NCBI GenBank assembly: GCA_039586795.1
Contig: JBDHJS010000016.1
Location: 32,001-96,000, forward strand
Source of the DNA: Gemmatimonadota bacterium
GTDB taxonomy: Bacteria > Gemmatimonadota > Gemmatimonadetes > Palauibacterales > KS3-K002
Direction: 5' to 3'
DNA: 64,000 nt
The notes under the pieces were generated by a model, which saw only the letters and a program-made list of their open reading frames with translations, was not told the DNA's origin and ran no database searches. This document shows, piece after piece, positions 58,658-64,000 of the stretch (position 1 is the stretch's first letter; each line of letters opens with the position of its first letter). Made by a program: the position numbers and the translations under genes.

Positions 58658-58981
58658 ATGGCATCTGTGATGGAAGTCACCGACGAGACTTTCGCTGACG
58701 AAGTGGAGGGCGTAGACGGCGTGGCCATGGTCGATTTTTGGGCTGCGTGGTGCGGGCCATGTCGGCTGGTCGGCCCGATCGTCGATGAGCTAGCTCAGGA
58801 ATACGAGGGCCAGGTGAAGGTGGCAAAGGTCGATGTCGATGCGAGCCAGCGGACGGCGATGCGCTTCAATATCCGGTCGATCCCGAGCATCCTGTTCTTC
58901 AAGGACGGGGAGCACGTCGACACCGTGATCGGGGCGGTCCCGAAGCAGGCGCTGGAGCAGAAACTGCGATCCTATCTTTAG
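58658..58981 (+). CDS. trxA: Thioredoxin
   Basis: DFWAAWCGPC, IRSIPS. Confidence 0.97.
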   Translation: MASVMEVTDETFADEVEGVDGVAMVDFWAAWCGPCRLVGPIVDELAQEYEGQVKVAKVDVDASQRTAMRFNIRSIPSILFFKDGEHVDTVIGAVPKQALEQKLRSYL

Positions 58982-58997
58982 GAGCCTTCGCTCCTGA

Positions 58998-59034
58998 AAC
59001 AACGCCCCGGCGGCCTTGCCGCCGGGGCGTTGTT
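58998..59034 (+). terminator. Terminator hairpin after trxA
   Basis: AACAACGCCCCGGCGGC-ctt-GCCGCCGGGGCGTTGTT perfect stem. Confidence 0.85.
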
Positions 59035-59102
59035 CGTTGGGAATCGACAATTCTCGTTCCTATTCCCTTGCTCCCGGAATCGACAATTCGATATTCCCAA
59101 GT

Positions 59103-59951
59103 ATGGCAGGCTCTTTGTACCTCGTGAGCACCCCGATCGGTAACCTCGGCGACATGACCCACCGGGCCGTCGAGGTCCTGCAGGCCGCGGATGTCCTCCT
59201 CGCCGAGGATACCCGCCGCACCCGCGTGCTCCTCGATCATTACGGCGTCGAGGCCAACACTCTGCGATCCTACCATGAGCACAACGAGGCGACTCGCGCC
59301 GAGGAGATGCGCGAGGTTCTGGCCGCCGGCCGAAGCGTGGCGCTGGTCAGCGATTCAGGTACACCACTCATCTCCGACCCGGGGCTGCGCCTCGTGCGCG
59401 CCGCCCTCGAAGTCGGGGCCCGTGTTGTGCCGCTGCCAGGACCCTCGGCCGGGCTCGCCGCCCTCGTCGCGTCCGGGCTCGACCCACAGCCGCATACGTT
59501 CTTCGGCTTTCTCCCCCGCGGTGGTCGCGAGCGCCAGGAGTTGATCGCGATGCTGGCATCGCTGACCCACACGGCGGTGCTCTACGAATCGCCCCAGCGC
59601 TTGGCCGATACGCTGGACGATCTGGCAGCCGAGCTCGGCGCCGACCGCCGTGTGGTTGTCGCCCGGGAACTGACCAAGATCCACGAAGAGTTTCAGGGGG
59701 GCGGCTTGGGCGCGGTGGCGGCTCACTATCGTGAGAGCCCACCGCGGGGCGAGGTAGTGATCTGTCTGGCCGCCGCGGCGCCGCCGGAAGGCGCCAGCGA
59801 GGAAGAGATCCTGGCCGCGGCACGCGAGCTGGTGACCGGTGGAGCCACGTCAAAAGAGATCGTGCGTGAGCTACGCGATCGTTTCGGGATCGAGCGTAAT
59901 CGCGCGTATTCGGTCGCGCTGCAAGCGGCCAAAGAGGAAGAATCTATTTGA
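59103..59951 (+). CDS. rsmI: 16S rRNA (cytidine1402-2'-O)-methyltransferase
   Basis: LYLVSTPIGNLGD, AEDTR, SDSGTPLISDPG, YESPQR, RELTKIHEE. Confidence 0.96.
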   Translation: MAGSLYLVSTPIGNLGDMTHRAVEVLQAADVLLAEDTRRTRVLLDHYGVEANTLRSYHEHNEATRAEEMREVLAAGRSVALVSDSGTPLISDPGLRLVRAALEVGARVVPLPGPSAGLAALVASGLDPQPHTFFGFLPRGGRERQELIAMLASLTHTAVLYESPQRLADTLDDLAAELGADRRVVVARELTKIHEEFQGGGLGAVAAHYRESPPRGEVVICLAAAAPPEGASEEEILAAARELVTGGATSKEIVRELRDRFGIERNRAYSVALQAAKEEESI

Positions 59952-60823
59952 ACAGCCGACAGCCGATATCCGCCGCTCGACTCTCGAGTCCTGTTCGGCG
60001 CCCGACGCCCAACCCCCGACTTCCGACCGCCGTCTCTCCGTACGTCGAGCGTCGGACGTCGATCGCCCAACAGGACTCGGTCGTCGAGCGACCGCTGTCG
60101 GCTGTCGGCTGTCGAGATCAGTCGGCGCGAATTCCCAATCGCATTCCGTACCTGATCGCACTGGCGTGCTTGCTCGCAGCAGCTTCTCCCGCAACGCCAC
60201 AAGCGCCGTCCGACCCAACGCAACTGACCATAGGCCGCTTGCACTACGGCGGCGGCGGCGACTGGTACGCAAACCCATCCTCGCTGCCAAACTTGCTCGA
60301 GCGCATCGCCAGAGACACACGGCTGCCCGTCGCTACGCGTGAGGCTGTCGTCACGCCGCTTAGCCCGAACCTTCATGACTATCCGTTTCTCTATATGACC
60401 GGGCATGGCAACGTCCGCTTCACCGACGCGGAGATCACCGCGCTACGCGAGTACTTGACGACCGGCGGCTTCCTTCATGCCGACGACAACTACGGCATGG
60501 ACGAATCCTTCCGACGAGAAGTCCAACGGGTCTTTCCCGAATCTGAGCTGGTGGCGATCCCTTTTGACCATCCCGTGTATCACATCGTGTACACGTTTCC
60601 AGACGGGTTGCCGAAGATCCACGAGCATGATGGCCTGCCGGCAGAAGGGCTGGGCATCTTTTACCAGGGCCGGATCGTCATCTTCTATAGCTACCAGTCG
60701 GATCTCGGCGACGGGTGGGAGGATGCTGATGTGCACGATGATCCCCTTGACTCCCGCGACAGGGCGCTCGCTATGGGCGTCAACCTGTTCGCCTACGCGG
60801 TAGCTCAACGGAAGAGTCAGTGA
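59948..60823 (+). CDS. DUF4159 family exported protein
   Basis: YGGGGDWY..PSSLPNL, PFLYMTGHG, GGFLHADDNYGMD, DLGDGWED, MGVN; start uncertain (TTG 59948 overlaps the rsmI stop). Confidence 0.88.
   Translation: MNSRQPISAARLSSPVRRPTPNPRLPTAVSPYVERRTSIAQQDSVVERPLSAVGCRDQSARIPNRIPYLIALACLLAAASPATPQAPSDPTQLTIGRLHYGGGGDWYANPSSLPNLLERIARDTRLPVATREAVVTPLSPNLHDYPFLYMTGHGNVRFTDAEITALREYLTTGGFLHADDNYGMDESFRREVQRVFPESELVAIPFDHPVYHIVYTFPDGLPKIHEHDGLPAEGLGIFYQGRIVIFYSYQSDLGDGWEDADVHDDPLDSRDRALAMGVNLFAYAVAQRKSQ
59952..60112. repeat. Fold-back element D: 69-bp imperfect inverted repeat with ACAGCCG heptamers
   Basis: 59952-60020 against the reverse complement of 60044-60112 matches at 55 of 69 positions by hand count; 23-nt loop. 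Confidence 0.9.
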
Positions 60824-60830
60824 GCGACGG

Positions 60831-63800
60831 ATGACCAAACGGGCGCGAAGACCAGAAGCCAGAGTGCGAGCTCTATGGCGCCGGGTGGCGGCGTATCTCG
60901 GCGCAGCGGCGGCCGGCGGCGCCCTGGCTGCCGCTGCCGCGTTGCTGCTCGCTAGTTGGCTGGCCCGTGATAGCGGGGCGTGGGCGCGCCCGTCAGCCCT
61001 GCCGCTACTGCTTTGGATCACTTTGGCCGCGGCTCTGGCTGTCTGGCTCTGGCGGCTGGCCCGGCGAGCGTTCACGTGGAGTCGGCGGGCGGCGGCTTCC
61101 GAAATCGAACGCCGCATCGGTCTACGTCGAGGTTCTGTTCAGGGAGCGATCGAGGTCAAGGCTCAAAGTAGCGGCACCTCCAGAGCCCTCGCCGAGTTGC
61201 AGCGCCGGAGAGTCGGGGAACAGCTATCGGGTCGCCGCGTGGTGGAACTCGGCGATACGCAGGCGGCTGGAGCCAGGTTCCGGGCACGTGCCGCGGGTGG
61301 AATCGCGGTCCTCCTGCTTGTCGCTACCGGGTCTGTTTGGTTCACGTCGCGGGACGATGCCTCTCGTGCCTGGGCCGAAGTACTGCATCCCGTCCGACAT
61401 CTTTCCGCTCCGCCGCTCCCCGCAATTCATATTGCTGCAGGGCTGGATCGTGTTAGGCGCGGCCGCGACCTGCCGCTCGTAGTCGTCGCGCCCCTGCGGG
61501 ACTCGGTACTCGTCGTATGGCAACCCCGCGGCGCGGTGCCTGAGAGCCGTTGGCACACAGTCCAGGGTGGGCGCGCGGAAGCATCGGTCCGCCGGCTCGA
61601 TAGTCCGACGAACATATGGGCGATGGCGCTCGACGGTGCGCTCAGCGACACACTTCACATCACGCCATTCGATCCGTTGCTGCTTCTCGACGTTAGAGTC
61701 GATCTTCGCTTCCCGTCTTACACGCGGCGTGAGCGCGAGGTGTTCTCGACACCGCTGCCGATCATGTCAGTGCCCGAGGGCACACGTGCGATCGTGACGG
61801 GCACCGCGACGCGGCCGGTGGAGGAGGCGGCGTTGCGGACGGCCGCGGGTGCGTCGATTTCGTTCGAAGTGGTCGACGAGCGACGCTTCCAGCGGAACTT
61901 CACCGTGCGGCCCGGCAGCTGGGGCTGGGAGATAACCGGTGCGGCGCGCGTCGCCCTCGAGGGCGAACCGGACTCGCTTCAGTTCCTGGTGGTACCCGAC
62001 AGCGCTCCGCTCGTCGATGCGGTCTTCCCCGGCGTCGACACGTTGCTTTCGACGTCGATGACGCAGCCGCTGATCATCGACGCTCGGGACGACTACGGAA
62101 TCTCTCGGGTCGAGGTCGTCAGCTGGCGCATCTCCGCATGGGGCGAGCGGTGGCCCGAGCTTGTACAGCCACTGCCACTCGATGGTGATGCGCCTCGTGC
62201 GAGCTTGCCTTCACTCCTGGACGCACGTGGCCGCGGCTTCATGCCGGGCGACACGCTGCGCTACTACGTCCGTGCCTACGACAACGCGCCGGAACCGCAC
62301 GAGGGCAGAAGTCGGGAGTACGTGTTGCGACTCCCAACGTTGGATGAGGTACGCGACCGGGCTATCGCTGACGCGGACGAGCTCGTGGAGAGCACGGAGG
62401 ACCTGGCCGAGCTCGCGCGACAGCAGGAGGAAGCGCTGCAAGCGCTCGAGCGCGCCAATCGCACGCAGCCAGCGCCGGGTACACAACAGCTGGCGGGTGA
62501 GAGCGGCGCGGAGTTCCGGGAGACCGAAGCGGCACGCCAGGCCCTGGAAGAAGCGTCCGAGCTGCTGCGACAGTCGGAGCAGGTTCTCGAGCAGCTCCGC
62601 GATCTACAGGATGCTGTCGAGGCATCCGGCCTCAACGACACGACGGTGCTCGAACGTCTACGCGAGATCGAGTCGCTCTACGATCGCATCCTCACCCCCG
62701 AGTTGAGGGACCAGATCGAGGAGCTACGCGAGGCGCTCGCCGAGCTCGACCAACGGCAGATAGAACAAGCGATAGAGAACCTGTCGGATGGCAGCGCCGA
62801 CTTTCGTGAACGCGTCGAGCAGACCGTCGAACTGCTCAAACGCGCCGCAATGGAGCAAGAGTTCAGCACACTGGAGACGCAGGCGGAGGAGCTGGCTGAA
62901 GAGCACGAGGAGTTGGCGGAGGAGTTGTCCGATAGGGAAGCTGCTGGCGACTCGTCTGACGCTCGTTTCGAGCAGCGCGCTAACGACCTATCGCAACGCG
63001 CCGAGCAAGTATCAGAACGATCCGAGGATCTGGCGACCGAACTCTCGCAAGCGGACGAGAGCCAGGCGGCCGAACAAGCGTCTGAAGCCCAGCGCGCCGC
63101 GCAGCAGGCATCGCAATCGGATCAGCAAACCGCAAGCCAGGTCGGGCAGAACTCGCAACAGGCGAATCAGTCCGCCCAACGGGCGGCATCTCAGATGCAG
63201 CAAGCGGCGTCTTCGCTACGCGAAGGGCGCGAGCAGATGCAGGAGAACTGGCGTCAGGAGGTCACCCAGGCGCTGGAGCGCGCGCAAACCGAAGCGCTCG
63301 AGTTGGCGCGTCGACAGTCCGAGCAAACCGAGCGGATGCGATCGACCGATGCGGGTGAACGGGCTCAGGCGCGATCGGAGCAGGGCGCCTTGAAACGCGC
63401 CGTCGATCAGATGCAGCAGGAGCTATCGGAGGCCGGTAATAAGTCGCTGTTGATGGATCCTCAGCTCAGCCAGCAGATCGATGAGGTTTCCAGCGAGATG
63501 GAACAACTACTGTCACAGATGAGCGACGGTACTCGCCAGCGTCGTGGCGATCCACAACTCAGCGAACGGATCGCCGAATCGCTGAACGACGTCGCCTATC
63601 AGGCGATGCAGGCGGGAGAGAACGCCAGCTCGGCGCAATCGGGTACCGGGCTGGCCGAGGCCTTGCAGCAGTTGGCGCAGCTCGCTCAGCAACAGGGTGA
63701 GCTGAATGCGCAGGCGGGTGGCCTGGAGCCGGGCGACGCGCTCGACGCGATCATGCAGCAGCTTCAACAGCTAGCCGCCCAGCAGCGGGCGATCGGGAAT

Positions 63801-64000
63801 CAACTCAATGAGCTCAATCAGGAGATGGGTCCCCGGGGCCAGGTGCTGGGTCGGTTGGACGAGCTGAGCAGCGAAGCGGAAGAACTAGCGCGCGAGCTCG
63901 AGCGGGGCCGTATCAACGAACAGATCATCGAACGGCAGAACCGGTTGTTCAACCGGTTGCTCGACGCGGGCCGCACACTGGAGCGTGACGAGTTCGAGCG
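60831..64000 (+). CDS. DUF4175-like large membrane-anchored Gln-rich coiled-coil protein (runs off the window)
   Basis: Frame open from ATG 60831 to the end; N-terminal TMs, DARDDYGI motif, long Q/E-rich helices, RLLDAGRTLERDE near the end; follows DUF4159. Confidence 0.8.
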   Translation, partial: MTKRARRPEARVRALWRRVAAYLGAAAAGGALAAAAALLLASWLARDSGAWARPSALPLLLWITLAAALAVWLWRLARRAFTWSRRAAASEIERRIGLRRGSVQGAIEVKAQSSGTSRALAELQRRRVGEQLSGRRVVELGDTQAAGARFRARAAGGIAVLLLVATGSVWFTSRDDASRAWAEVLHPVRHLSAPPLPAIHIAAGLDRVRRGRDLPLVVVAPLRDSVLVVWQPRGAVPESRWHTVQGGRAEASVRRLDSPTNIWAMALDGALSDTLHITPFDPLLLLDVRVDLRFPSYTRREREVFSTPLPIMSVPEGTRAIVTGTATRPVEEAALRTAAGASISFEVVDERRFQRNFTVRPGSWGWEITGAARVALEGEPDSLQFLVVPDSAPLVDAVFPGVDTLLSTSMTQPLIIDARDDYGISRVEVVSWRISAWGERWPELVQPLPLDGDAPRASLPSLLDARGRGFMPGDTLRYYVRAYDNAPEPHEGRSREYVLRLPTLDEVRDRAIADADELVESTEDLAELARQQEEALQALERANRTQPAPGTQQLAGESGAEFRETEAARQALEEASELLRQSEQVLEQLRDLQDAVEASGLNDTTVLERLREIESLYDRILTPELRDQIEELREALAELDQRQIEQAIENLSDGSADFRERVEQTVELLKRAAMEQEFSTLETQAEELAEEHEELAEELSDREAAGDSSDARFEQRANDLSQRAEQVSERSEDLATELSQADESQAAEQASEAQRAAQQASQSDQQTASQVGQNSQQANQSAQRAASQMQQAASSLREGREQMQENWRQEVTQALERAQTEALELARRQSEQTERMRSTDAGERAQARSEQGALKRAVDQMQQELSEAGNKSLLMDPQLSQQIDEVSSEMEQLLSQMSDGTRQRRGDPQLSERIAESLNDVAYQAMQAGENASSAQSGTGLAEALQQLAQLAQQQGELNAQAGGLEPGDALDAIMQQLQQLAAQQRAIGNQLNELNQEMGPRGQVLGRLDELSSEAEELARELERGRINEQIIERQNRLFNRLLDAGRTLERDEFE

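Noticed and set aside
1..64000. tRNA, rRNA, transposase, integrase, prophage or defence genes
   Set aside because: None recognised by eye; intergenic gaps are short and accounted for. tRNAscan/Infernal were not run.

Overview
High-GC bacterial chromosome segment, almost entirely housekeeping genes. Gene content and order suggest Gemmatimonadota (inference, not tested by search). It contains the end of uppS followed by cdsA-dxr-rseP; a roadblock-manC-GlmU-like-WalJ-like operon; serS-histidine kinase-uvrD/pcrA; an EIIA(Ntr)-PII-like-cation/H+ antiporter-DUF948-YtxH-Zn-PLC operon; murA-pgeF; the rimP-nusA-ylxQ-infB-ylxP-rbfA-truB-ribF-rpsO-pnp superoperon; an M16 peptidase; ald; mreBCD-mrdA-rodA; accD-folC-hisS-proS-nif3; an OPT transporter; a TonB receptor with two beta-propeller lipoproteins; RDD; hsp20-hsp20-clpB; mce; trxA; rsmI; and DUF4159-DUF4175. 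No transposase, integrase, CRISPR, tRNA or rRNA was recognised. The most unusual observations are: (1) a set of intergenic fold-back elements built from 7-nt tandem repeats, sharing one architecture but using different heptamers, one of which appears to be translated as a protein N-terminus; (2) an EIIA/PII-like/antiporter module; (3) two genes (mreC and a GT2) whose conserved N-termini need a non-canonical CTG start; (4) short frameshifting internal deletions in ald and the OPT gene; (5) a sigma54-type promoter with an adjacent palindrome before clpB; (6) an EF-hand loop and a CxxC motif in the TonB receptor; (7) a beta-clamp motif on the WalJ-like nuclease.
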